Below are positions 1 to 9,700 of a stretch of DNA of 30,619 bases, in pieces (the stretch's first letter is position 1; the number at the start of each line of letters is the position of its first letter). Source of the DNA: a virus (Duplodnaviria > Caudoviricetes); the IMG/VR virus record IMGVR_UViG_3300038660_000040, positions 1 to 30,619 of that record; one strand, given 5' to 3'. The notes under the pieces are model-generated. The model had not been told where the DNA came from, made no database searches, and saw only the letters and a list, made by a program, of their open reading frames with translations. Position numbers and translations under genes: made by a program.

Positions 1-329
1 GCCTTAGACCCTGCTCCTGTAAGCTCACGTTCAACCATGATGCCTTTACCAGCTTCATAGAAAAACCTCTGAGGAAGTGCCGCCGCTGGTCCCGTGTCCT
101 TGTGGTCAAAGTCAAAGATAGCCCGAACCTTATTTTTCTGATTCCTTGATTCTAGTGAGGCTTGAATCCTCTGGGCTATATTCTCGCCATCCTTAGGCGA
201 AACTCTAACAGTAATTTCTTTTGCCTTACCGTTCACGCTAGGGGTGATGGTGTGAGTCCCTTCTGGAATGAATACCATTGACTTACCCTCCTGCGTTACT
301 TCTTGGCTAAATGATGCTTTGATTAACAT
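1..329 (-). CDS. Mu gpI-like prohead protease, N-terminal part (runs off the window edge)
   Basis: Not in the ORF track. Manual translation from ATG at 329 is open to base 1: MLIKASFSQEVTQEGKSMVFIPEGTH...RAIFDFDHKDTGPAAALPQRFFYEAGKGIMVERELTGAGSK. The DFDH...PAA...G.G...E.T..G pattern and the position after F- and G-like genes fit the Mu-like protease family. Confidence 0.75.
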   Translation of the reverse strand, partial: MLIKASFSQEVTQEGKSMVFIPEGTHTITPSVNGKAKEITVRVSPKDGENIAQRIQASLESRNQKNKVRAIFDFDHKDTGPAAALPQRFFYEAGKGIMVERELTGAGSK

Positions 330-362
330 GATCACAGATTAACCGTGAAGACATGAATCGTG

Positions 363-384
363 CTAGTCCGTGAAATGGTCCCTT
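363..384 (-). promoter_or_regulatory. 22-bp motif upstream of the protease gene (copy 1), candidate late-promoter activator site
   Basis: AAGGGACCATTTCACGGACTAG matches 1071..1092 at 19/22. It is followed 21 nt later by TAATCT (336..341), 6 nt before the ATG. Confidence 0.55.
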
Positions 385-1039
385 AACTGAATGAGTCAAA
401 GTAATCTGCCAGCGCATCTACCGCGCCTTTCCCCATCTCATCTTCATTGATGATGTTATCATCCCCTTTATGACGGGTGATTGAGCGCAAAGTGTAGAGT
501 AATGCCCCGCTAGATTTCGCTCTAACATACGTGGAGCCTTTCTTGCCTTTCGCAGTGTCTCGCGTCCTCTTCACCTCTTCACCTTCGACAAGGTATCCGG
601 TAGAGTCTCCACCCTTTCCACTGAGATAAGCAAGTAACCCCATTGCGGCAGGGTTGAGTTGTCTACCATCTACTACAGGGACGGAACTGCTAGGGATCGC
701 CAACGCTTTTGTGGGTAATCCTTTTCTTGGTCCCGATGCTGCGGGGTTAACTCCAGGGCGAACATCACCACCGTAAATCCTTAACCTGATCCCCAGCTCT
801 GACATGGTGATTGTCGCGCTGTCATCATCTGAGTGTGATTCAGTAGAATTAAAAACACGCTCCCAGAAGTTACCGCGTTGATTCCTTGGAACGTAGTTGG
901 TAAGTAGATTCTCTTTTAAAGCCTCTTCCGCGCCTGTGACCACGGCAAGATTGATCGCCGCTTTATCATCTAACGCCTCTTGTAGCTTATCTAAATGACC
1001 GCTTGCTGCGTCATCTACGTTTACTTTAATGGTTATCAT
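383..1039 (-). CDS. Mu gpG-like virion morphogenesis protein
   Basis: 218 aa starting MITIKVNV with a YGGDVRP...KALAIP segment; lies between MuF-like and protease-like genes, the Mu F-G-I order. Confidence 0.65.
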   Translation of the reverse strand: MITIKVNVDDAASGHLDKLQEALDDKAAINLAVVTGAEEALKENLLTNYVPRNQRGNFWERVFNSTESHSDDDSATITMSELGIRLRIYGGDVRPGVNPAASGPRKGLPTKALAIPSSSVPVVDGRQLNPAAMGLLAYLSGKGGDSTGYLVEGEEVKRTRDTAKGKKGSTYVRAKSSGALLYTLRSITRHKGDDNIINEDEMGKGAVDALADYFDSFS

Positions 1040-1070
1040 GCTAGTATCATGAGCGATGCAGGGAGATTGC

Positions 1071-1092
1071 CTAGCCTGTGAATTGGTCCCTT
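1071..1092 (-). promoter_or_regulatory. 22-bp motif upstream of the gpG-like gene (copy 2)
   Basis: AAGGGACCAATTCACAGGCTAG, followed 19 nt later by CATGAT (1046..1051), 6 nt before the ATG at 1039. Confidence 0.55.
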
Positions 1093-1118
1093 GTTACAAG
1101 ATGCGGGTGATTTTGTAA

Positions 1119-3701
1119 TCACTCAACTGATTTATTTATTTCCCTGACCTCGTTTATCCTCTTAGTCAGATATTCAGAAACCTCATCATATTCAGAGTCA
1201 GACATTTTACTGTAGAAATTAGCATCTGGAGATTCGAATTGTAATGATGTATTACTGTGGTCTGAGTATCTTATCTTTATGCTTAGTGACTCCAGTATGT
1301 CCTCTTTATCATTACCTATCAAATACTCTTCCAACTCGTAAGATGGCGATAACTCAAAGTAAAATGAATTACTAGCCGATTGATTAGGGCTAACCTCTAA
1401 CCCTGATCCTTCAGCTAGAGTATTTAAGTGCTTCTCCACATCATCTTGTAAATCATAATAAGAATCAGTAAGAGGTTTGAGTATGGATTCATCTTGGCTT
1501 TCATTAAAAGATTTATCCATATCGCGCCATTTAGCGAATGAATCAAAAGTCCCTTTCATGTATTCCTTATCCATAGCCTCACTATCACCACTTTCACCAC
1601 CCTCGTCAACCCACATGCCATTCTCATCCCTAGCTTGCTCAGGGTTGAACGCTGATCTGATGTCGTCTAGGTCTTCGTTGAATCGCTCGCTGAGTGGTAT
1701 TACTTTGCCGTTGTCGTCGTAGGTTATGGGGTCTGCTGATTTTATATTCAACTCATGGCTGTCAAATATAACAGCCCCGTTAGGCGTAGTGAATCCTTTG
1801 ATATTATCTTTTAGTAGTCTGCTTTCGTTTTCACTCCAAAAAGCAGAAACTCCTTGTCCATCATCCCAAAATTGTGCTGAATCCACTATGTTTTTAGGAT
1901 TCATGCCATCCCACGCCTCACGCCATACATCATCTTTTGATTCGTTAGGGTTGAATTCTTTGTATGAATCCATAAAACCACTTTCATCAACATACCAATC
2001 AACCGCCCAATCAGGAACATCTTGCAAATCTTTAGATTTAATGAGGTAATTATAATCCCCGTAATTCAAATTTTCGTCATAATTATCATAATCGGTAAAC
2101 TGTATAACGTGACCTGTTTCTCTAGGATCTTCATCCTCTTTTTTTCTTCTGTGAGATAAATTATACCCCATCTCCTTAGCTCTATCATCCACCATAGCCT
2201 GCTGAGCCTCCACGTCACCAGACTCGACGGCTTTCATGTATTCCTTATCCATAGCCTCACTATCACCACTTTCACCATCTTCGTCAACCCATCTCCCATC
2301 ATCACCCCTAGACTGTCTAGGGTCAAAGGCACTCTTCACAATATCCGAGCCTGTCACCTTCTCTCTGAGCGTCAAAGTGATCACTTTAGTTGCCGTGTTC
2401 TCATCCGCCTTGACTACTTCCATTGCCACGCCTTTGACGTAAAGAAATTCAGAGTTCTTGATCACGTTTGGATTGTCATGATATAGCTTCACCAGCTCTC
2501 TAACATCTTTCGCCTGAGTGGTGGATTCTGCCTTGAATAGAATTGACCACGTATCTTTGATAGATGAAAGTAACTTGCTAGTCCATGACTCTGCGGGCGC
2601 ATTAAATCCAGTTTGATACCCGTCTCTAGTGAACTTCTCAACGAATGAATCTCTCTCATCTTTTGATAGAAATGGTAGTTGCTTGTAAAGATCAATTTCC
2701 TCAGATGGTTCAAGCCGTTCAGCCAATCGCTCGATGTCATCCCATATACCGCCGCCTGATTCATACTCAGCATCTGGGTTTTCTAGCCATGTATTAAGGG
2801 AGTCTTTCTGCTTGGTCTCAAAACCATCTGGCATGTGATCCCATGAGGCTATTAGATCACTCTGGCTTGACGGTTTCGAGCCGTTAGGATCAGTATGAAC
2901 CAATGTATCACCATCCCACTTTGCAAGCCCTCCAAGGCGTTTATTTAGACTCTCTTTTAGTTTGTCATCTGTCACTGCTGGATTCGCCTGTAATGACTTA
3001 TTAGGTGACTCCATCACTGGTCTAGTTTCCCACATCGCCTTGATTCTAGGATCATCTAAATCAAATATCTTCTTAGCCTTGCTTCTGCTCACCCGCATGA
3101 CTCCCATGCCGCTGCCCCAATCGAATAACGGGTAAGGATTGCCAAACTGAGACAACACCGCCCAAATTGGATGAGCTATCATTGCTACACCTGGCGCATC
3201 ATCATCACCGCTGCTAGGTGTTGCTCCGGGGAAGTTCTTTGTTAGTTCATAGGCTACTTGCCAACGTGCTGCCCACTCTCTCTTTTCCTCCTTGTCTGAT
3301 ATGCGCCTAAACTGCCATGCTGGAAAGATTCTCAACGTATTCAAAGCCCGCTCTCTCATTCCCCAGCCACGCATCATACTGACATTCGTATCTAGTGCCA
3401 CGCTCATGCGTCGCCATGAACTCAAGTCTTTGATAGATCCCTCTTCGCCTTTCTCTGGCTGATACCCTATTTTTTCAAGGTAGAGAGTGAGCCTGTTCAT
3501 GGATTCATTGCCGGAGCTAGTGCCACCCGCCATCTTCTCAGCCTCATCTCTGAATGCTTGCAGAATATTGACATCTTCCACCCCTGCCATCCAGAAGGAT
3601 CTTTCCTTAGTCCATACATCCACCATTGCCCAATCCTTAGTGAGCATTTCAGAGGGGACGGATTCCTTTTGCTGGAATAATTTTAACGCGTCTGGTATCA
3701 T
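1119..3701 (-). CDS. MuF (Mu gpF-like) minor head protein with multiple C-terminal cargo domains
   Basis: The N-terminal ~270 aa has MuF-type features (ERSFWMAGV, RRMSVALDTNVSMMRGWG, FPAWQFRR, HPIW...GNPYPLFDWGSGMGV). It is followed by an ART-like segment and two repeat-introduced modules. Confidence 0.75.
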   Translation of the reverse strand: MIPDALKLFQQKESVPSEMLTKDWAMVDVWTKERSFWMAGVEDVNILQAFRDEAEKMAGGTSSGNESMNRLTLYLEKIGYQPEKGEEGSIKDLSSWRRMSVALDTNVSMMRGWGMRERALNTLRIFPAWQFRRISDKEEKREWAARWQVAYELTKNFPGATPSSGDDDAPGVAMIAHPIWAVLSQFGNPYPLFDWGSGMGVMRVSRSKAKKIFDLDDPRIKAMWETRPVMESPNKSLQANPAVTDDKLKESLNKRLGGLAKWDGDTLVHTDPNGSKPSSQSDLIASWDHMPDGFETKQKDSLNTWLENPDAEYESGGGIWDDIERLAERLEPSEEIDLYKQLPFLSKDERDSFVEKFTRDGYQTGFNAPAESWTSKLLSSIKDTWSILFKAESTTQAKDVRELVKLYHDNPNVIKNSEFLYVKGVAMEVVKADENTATKVITLTLREKVTGSDIVKSAFDPRQSRGDDGRWVDEDGESGDSEAMDKEYMKAVESGDVEAQQAMVDDRAKEMGYNLSHRRKKEDEDPRETGHVIQFTDYDNYDENLNYGDYNYLIKSKDLQDVPDWAVDWYVDESGFMDSYKEFNPNESKDDVWREAWDGMNPKNIVDSAQFWDDGQGVSAFWSENESRLLKDNIKGFTTPNGAVIFDSHELNIKSADPITYDDNGKVIPLSERFNEDLDDIRSAFNPEQARDENGMWVDEGGESGDSEAMDKEYMKGTFDSFAKWRDMDKSFNESQDESILKPLTDSYYDLQDDVEKHLNTLAEGSGLEVSPNQSASNSFYFELSPSYELEEYLIGNDKEDILESLSIKIRYSDHSNTSLQFESPDANFYSKMSDSEYDEVSEYLTKRINEVREINKSVE
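1553..1613. repeat. Direct repeat C, copy 1 (encodes WVDEGGESGDSEAMDKEYMK)
   Basis: 59/61 identical to 2231..2291; 1553..1599 = 2231..2277 exactly (47 bp). Weaker similarity extends to 1652/2330. Confidence 0.95.
1653..1736. repeat. Direct repeat A, copy 1 (encodes ADPITYDDNGKVIPLSERFNEDLDDIRS)
   Basis: 81/84 identical to 3832..3915; 1657..1726 = 3836..3905 exactly (70 bp). Confidence 0.95.
2185..2240. repeat. Direct repeat B, copy 1 (encodes YMKAVESGDVEAQQAMVD)
   Basis: 50/56 identical to 4355..4410; the six differences are synonymous. Confidence 0.9.
2231..2291. repeat. Direct repeat C, copy 2
   Basis: Partner of 1553..1613, offset 678 bp (226 codons, in frame). Confidence 0.95.
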
Positions 3702-3702
3702 G

Positions 3703-6700
3703 TTATTTTATTGTTGATTTAAGCAGCTCATCCAGCGGTTCCCATGAAAGGAGCTTCCCGTCTTCTAGTGCTTGCTCCATCTTTGAGAATATGGATTGCT
3801 TCTGGGTTTCTAGGGATTGTGACTTGTCGCTTGACCTGATGTCGTCTAGGTCTTCGTTGAATCGCTCGCTGAGTGGTATTACTTTGCCGTTGTCGTCGTA
3901 GGTTACTGGGTCTGCGCTCTTGATGTTATTTGGGTTGTATATTGAGAACATTTGAGAGCCTTCCTTTTTCAAGGTGAATGAGTCAGCTTTGTTTTTTATA
4001 GCTGTATGTTCAACTCTCTCTCTATTTCCATCATACGTATTTATAGCTGATGACCCGCTGAAGTTCTCCCAACCTTCAACGTCGTTAGGTTTAATAGTTT
4101 TACCTAGCTTTAAGTAAGATGACATTACAAATCCCCCTTCGGCTGCTCTTTTTTGATCTACTGTGAATCCTCTAGGGTTGCCGTCTGGAAAATTGCCCCT
4201 AGACATATTTGCGCTTTCTTTATCTGTAGTAAAGAAAAACCCATGCTTATCTAATCCAAAGTTAGAACCTGTTTTATCTTTATCGTAAACAGTGAATCGC
4301 GCATCTGTTCCATGATAAACCTTAGGTGAATCATACCCTGCCGCCTTAGCCGCCTCATCCACCATCGCTTGCTGAGCCTCCACGTCTCCAGACTCAACCG
4401 CCTTCATGTAGGACGCGTCTTGCGCTGGTGTGATGGAATAGCTCTCAAAAGATTCATCCACATTATCGACTCGATCTTGCTTGATCTGTGCCGCTTCTTT
4501 TTCTGGCAGTCGATCTAGCTCAGATAAGGAATCACTCTTGAACACAACCAACGATCTAACAGCGTTCTCACCATACATCCCCGCTGGTCTTTCATAAAGT
4601 ATTGCACCCTTGAAACCAGCAGCTTCTAGCAGATCAGGATCGATAGCCGTCCAATCAAGTGTTCCTTCTCTCTCAGAGTCTCGCGCTTCACGTAGGAAAT
4701 CAACCCCCATTGCATCATCTAACTCTATTCTCTTCACTCGCTCTCTATGCTTCGCGTTACCCAGATTAAACACCTCATCATTGTTCAGGCCAACATTCAC
4801 ACGATACATGTTCTGACCGTAGCCAGATGAATAGCGTTTTCCTTCTGGAGAATCATCAGATAAGAAGATCCCACCCATGTCTGAATCAGTTCCGCCAGCA
4901 TATCTTTCTAACTTACCTCCTATGAGATCATTGTCAGTGGAGTGATACCACCAACCACCTTCTTCATAAGCCCCGTCAGGAGCGATGGAGAATGAAACAT
5001 TCGACCGCTTGGCCTCAGTCTCGATCATCTTCTTGCGATCACCTTCTACGCTAGAATCATAGATGCGCACTTTCACACCTTTAGATTTAAGCAGTTGCTT
5101 GACCTCCTTCGATGCTGTCTTAGGGACTAGAGCAGTGGTGAAATCTGACAATGGAACCGCTTCTTTTATCTTAGCCTCAAAGTATTCTGTAGGTGCGTGC
5201 TTGAGTTTATTGAGGTAGGTAGAAACTTGGCCTTGTAACTCACTAGGCACATCACTGAAAGCCTCGCGCCAATCACCCCATTTCCCTTTAGCTAGATCCA
5301 CAAGACTCTCTGAGACCTGGCCTAAGTATTGGAAACTATTTTTATCATAATTGTAATATGGCCGAAGAGAATCAGCTAGCTCATCAAACTCCTTAGATGC
5401 TGTCTCCTTGAAGCTCTCCAGATCCTTCTTAGAAACGATCTTATGTCGATCAGCCTTGATCTGCTTGAGGTTCTTGAACTCCTTGGAAGCGGCCGCACGT
5501 ATCGACCCCACACCATAGTTGAAACCTTCACCGGCCTTGACATCCTTAGTCATAGCCTTGACCACATTATCAAGATTGAAAGGCAGATATTTTCTATTAC
5601 CTCCATTCGTGTAACCATTAGGGATCACTTTTCTCTTTTCGAGATCAGAAAAGTTCTCTGCCACCCATGCTTTGAATTTCTTCTTGTGTGATTCTATCCG
5701 CTTATTGATCACTTGCTTAGTGCCACGCTCATCGATCCCTAGCTTCTTGTGATATTCAGCCGCCTCAGTAGACATGCGAACCATCGTCCTATAATGAATG
5801 CTACCATCTTCATTGAAATACATGTCACGCCTTCTCTCTTGAAAACTCTCACGAATCTCAGAAATCTCTTTCTCTAGCTCGACCTTGACCAGCGCCTCGA
5901 AATCAGGATCTTTCTCTAGTTCATAGCTAGTTTTCCCTTTGGCATATTTAGCTAGTGCTGCTGGCGCACCGTTGCGCTTTTCTTTTACTACCCTTGGAGC
6001 TTTCCCTATCTCCTTGAGATAAGCATACTGGAATAGCGCAGACTGTTCTAACTCCTTCACTCCATACTGTTCAAACCCTTGAGGAATAACCCCGTATTTA
6101 CTACCACCGATGGCAACGGAATAATCTTTATACTTATTCCAAATATCATTCGCGACCTTCTCATCTTTCTCATAGGTGAATGAAGGGAATCTAGGTGTGT
6201 AAGCATCAGCGTTCCACATCTTATTATTTCTATCCATCGAAGGATCAACTCGACTAGGTGGAGTCAGTAGAGAGATTTCACCGAAGCTATCGAAGTCTGA
6301 AATATCCGTTCTCACCACCGCTATCGATGGTGGTGGAATTGCGCCAAACTCTCTTTGCGCGAAGAGTAAATTATCTTCTGATAGGTTATGAACTGCCACC
6401 AGGTTATTACCATCTGAAATTGAGAAACTAGAACTCTCGTTCTCATTGCCGATATTGTAACTCACCCCATCGGCCAGATCTTCAAATGCCGCCATCGTTG
6501 GATATTGACTCTCGCCATTCATGCTACTCTCTACGGCATCAAGTAGCTCAGCCTCAGTCTCGAAACGAAACCCAGCTTCATTCGCGTATTCAAGCGAGTT
6601 GTGAAGAGTGATCCCGCTATATTTCCCCGCAAAATACAAACTAGCACCGCCAGCGTGCTTTCTCCCTTTCCTATCAGTCTTCACCATCGTATCCCACAAC

Positions 6701-9700
6701 CGTTGAACCTCACCGCGTAGAGTTTCATTCTCTTTCAATACTGACGGTCTAGGAATCTTACCTTTCATCACATTGCTGAGCTCCATTTCTGGATCTAGCA
6801 TTTCCTCCATGATCTCAGCCTCGTATCGCTTCTGCTGATTGTGCATTATCTGCTGCTCATCCAGGCCGACCGCTTTATTCAAGTGAGCTTCAAAGTCTCC
6901 ATCTAGCTTGCCATCCTGCTTTAGCTGTAGGAGGTTGCCAGCCGTTTCTAGCACCGAGTCAAAAAACTGCTTGAACGCATCCAGCACCGCACGGATAGCG
7001 GGCGGGAATGATGAAGATTCGCGCTCATTGTAAACGTGAGCACGCGCTAGCTTGCTGAATCCCTCGATGACTTCTTGCTCAGAAATATTGTCAATGTCAC
7101 TCACAAGGATCTCACCAGTAGCCCGCTGGTATTCTGCTATGTGACCAGCAAAGAAATCATAACTAAGACCGTCCTCGATGGCCATTTTCAAATAACCTTC
7201 CGCAGACTCTTCGAACACAGTGGCAACATTCGCGCCCTTGTAGATTCTATTGATGTAGCCTTTAGCATTTGCCTTGAGCTTGTTTGACCCTAGAATCCTT
7301 GCGCTTTGCAAAGTCATATCAACACCCAACTCTCGCTTGGCGATGGCGATTCTTTCCATTGCATTTTCAATAGTAGTCTGGCCTTGCTTGATAGCCTTCT
7401 CTAACGTCATAGCAGAATCAACGATCATTGTCTCTGATCCTTCGTGAGCATCACCTAAATGATCCGCTACGGCCTTCACCGCATCCTCATTAGTTTTGAT
7501 GCCGTGCGTTTGCAGTTCTTCAATATTAGCCTCCTTAGTGCGTATCTGTTCAGACTGAGTAACATGGAATTCCTCTTCTGCATTTCCTAGCGCCTGGACC
7601 GCAGCCTCTTCACTCTCGAAACGCTCATTGGGTTTGTTGTAGATCTCTGGAAAGATAACCTCTGAACTTCCATCCTCATTAGTCTTCACCTCTGCTTTAA
7701 ATTTCTTCTCTAACTCCTTGAAACCGTCCATAGCTTCTTTCGTGTCTTGGAAAGCTTTCTTCTCTGCCTGGGTGCCATTCTCCATGATCTCAGATTCAAC
7801 TAATCTCTCTAGTGCTCCATCGGCCACCGCTGCTTCGCTAGCTGCTTTCTTCTCATCTGTGCTCTTACCTTGGATGATCTTCTGGTATTCCTTATGCGCA
7901 TTGATGGATCCTTTCTCGTTCATGCCAGAGATCATGCTAGCCTCATCTTTTGTGAGACCGCTGAGCATTAAAGTGTCCTCACCCGATAGATGCTTACGGA
8001 AACTCTCAGCGCCCATCTTATCCATTGCGGTAGATCCACCAGCGCCGAGTATGGCTAACGGTAGCACAGCAAAAAACGTGCGCTCATCGTAAACTTTCAA
8101 AGCCTCTTCCCAAACCTCTGCTTTAACGTCTGGGATGTCATCAGAGAGCTTGCTGGCTATTTCCTGAGTAAGAGGAAGCATCCCATCTTGTAGTCTCTCC
8201 TGCACGTATTCCTTGCCCGTAGCCATCACAGCACGGCCAAGGAATGAAGCAACCGCACCATTTGCCCCCAGCTTCTCGATGAATGCCGATGTCCTTGGCG
8301 CGCCTTTGAAGAGTGTCTTAACTTGTAGTTTCTCAATAAATGCTTGAGGAATAGCCGCGAAGTTCGAGATTCGTTCTCTGTTTTTAGCGTCCATCTCAGG
8401 GTATTGCCTTCTTAACTGCGCGTCATTGGCTTCTGAATAACTAGCCCAATTCATAGCGATGCCAGCGTAAGGCAACACCATCGCCGCCATCCGTGGGACT
8501 GAGTAAGCCGCGTCATACGTGCCTTGCTCCAGCTTAGCCACTATACCAGCTTGGCTAGTAGCTTCTACTTTCTTCACTATGTCGCGTATTGATCTTACGT
8601 CTTGATTGAACTCGCGCCAGTTACGAACTCTTGTAGATCTTTCCGCGTTCTGAATATTATCCCTTGATTCATAGAAAGCTTTTCTCTCTTCTTTAGTTTC
8701 GCCCCGGTCCTCACCATACATTGATCCAAATTTTTCAATGTGCTCACGCTTCATTTTCTCAATATCCTCGACATCGGCAGTTGCATCGGCATGAGCTATG
8801 CGCTGAACTTTGCTGGTAACGTCCTGCATGAAGTCAGCACCGCCACGATCTAGAGATGTGAGTAACCCATCACCCCATGATTCATTAGATAATCCTAGTC
8901 TCTCAGCATTGACACTAGCGACATAAAGAATCTTCTCTCTTTCTTCGCGTGGAAGCATCACGATCTTACCGAGAAGAACGTCCAGGTTGTCTTCGGTAGT
9001 TTCTGAAGCATCTTTAATATCGACCTCGACCCCTTGATTCTTAGCTAACGCAGAAATGAGCTGCATACCTAGCTTTCCTGACTTAGCAAACGCCTTTGTG
9101 TGTTCCCGCGCTGCTGTTCTAAATATGCGTTGCGCTTCTGGCTTCGATACTCCGAATCTGTCTAATTGATGATCAAAGCTAGTGTCTTGCGCTCTCGTCC
9201 ATGAAATAGGCTTTCCCTCGATGGCGAAATTTTGCGCCTCTCTAGCTATCTCCCCGATGAAATTCTGCCTATCATCAGCCTTGACTAAATCTTGCTTGAT
9301 TCGGCCACGTAGCGCCTTAGCGTTTGGCTCACCTTCCATTTCATAGGATGACCATAACTGTGCTTGATAAACCTCGTAGCTACTATTCACAGTATTGAAA
9401 TCTAACTCCAGCGCCTCAGAAATAAACTGAGTATTCATCACCCGATCACGATGCTTTTCATCAACGCTATCAAGCGTAGTGTCTCCCTTGAACAAAGGAA
9501 GGTGGTAGCTTTTCTTTCTCTCACTCCATTGCTGATTGATCTCACGATTCTTGACTTGCTCCAATTTAGCAAAATCACCCTGACCGCGCTTAGCTTGGTG
9601 TTCTTTAAATCTCTCTAGGACCGGCAAAGCTCTCTGCCAGTATGCACTATTCTGAGCATCGGCCTCACCCATCGTAGCATGTTCTTGCACACCCGTATTC

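Noticed and set aside
3600-3950. Mu-type transposition insertion as the cause of the junction
   Set aside because: A transposed Mu-like genome would start at its terminus, not in the middle of the head module; no end structure is apparent.
1553-4410. Repeats as template/variable regions of a diversity-generating retroelement
   Set aside because: No reverse transcriptase in the window, all copies are coding, and the repeat B mismatches are synonymous and not adenine-specific.
1553-4410. Repeats as a CRISPR array or attachment sites
   Set aside because: Only two copies of each, separated by hundreds of coding bases and kept in frame; no cas or integrase gene is visible.
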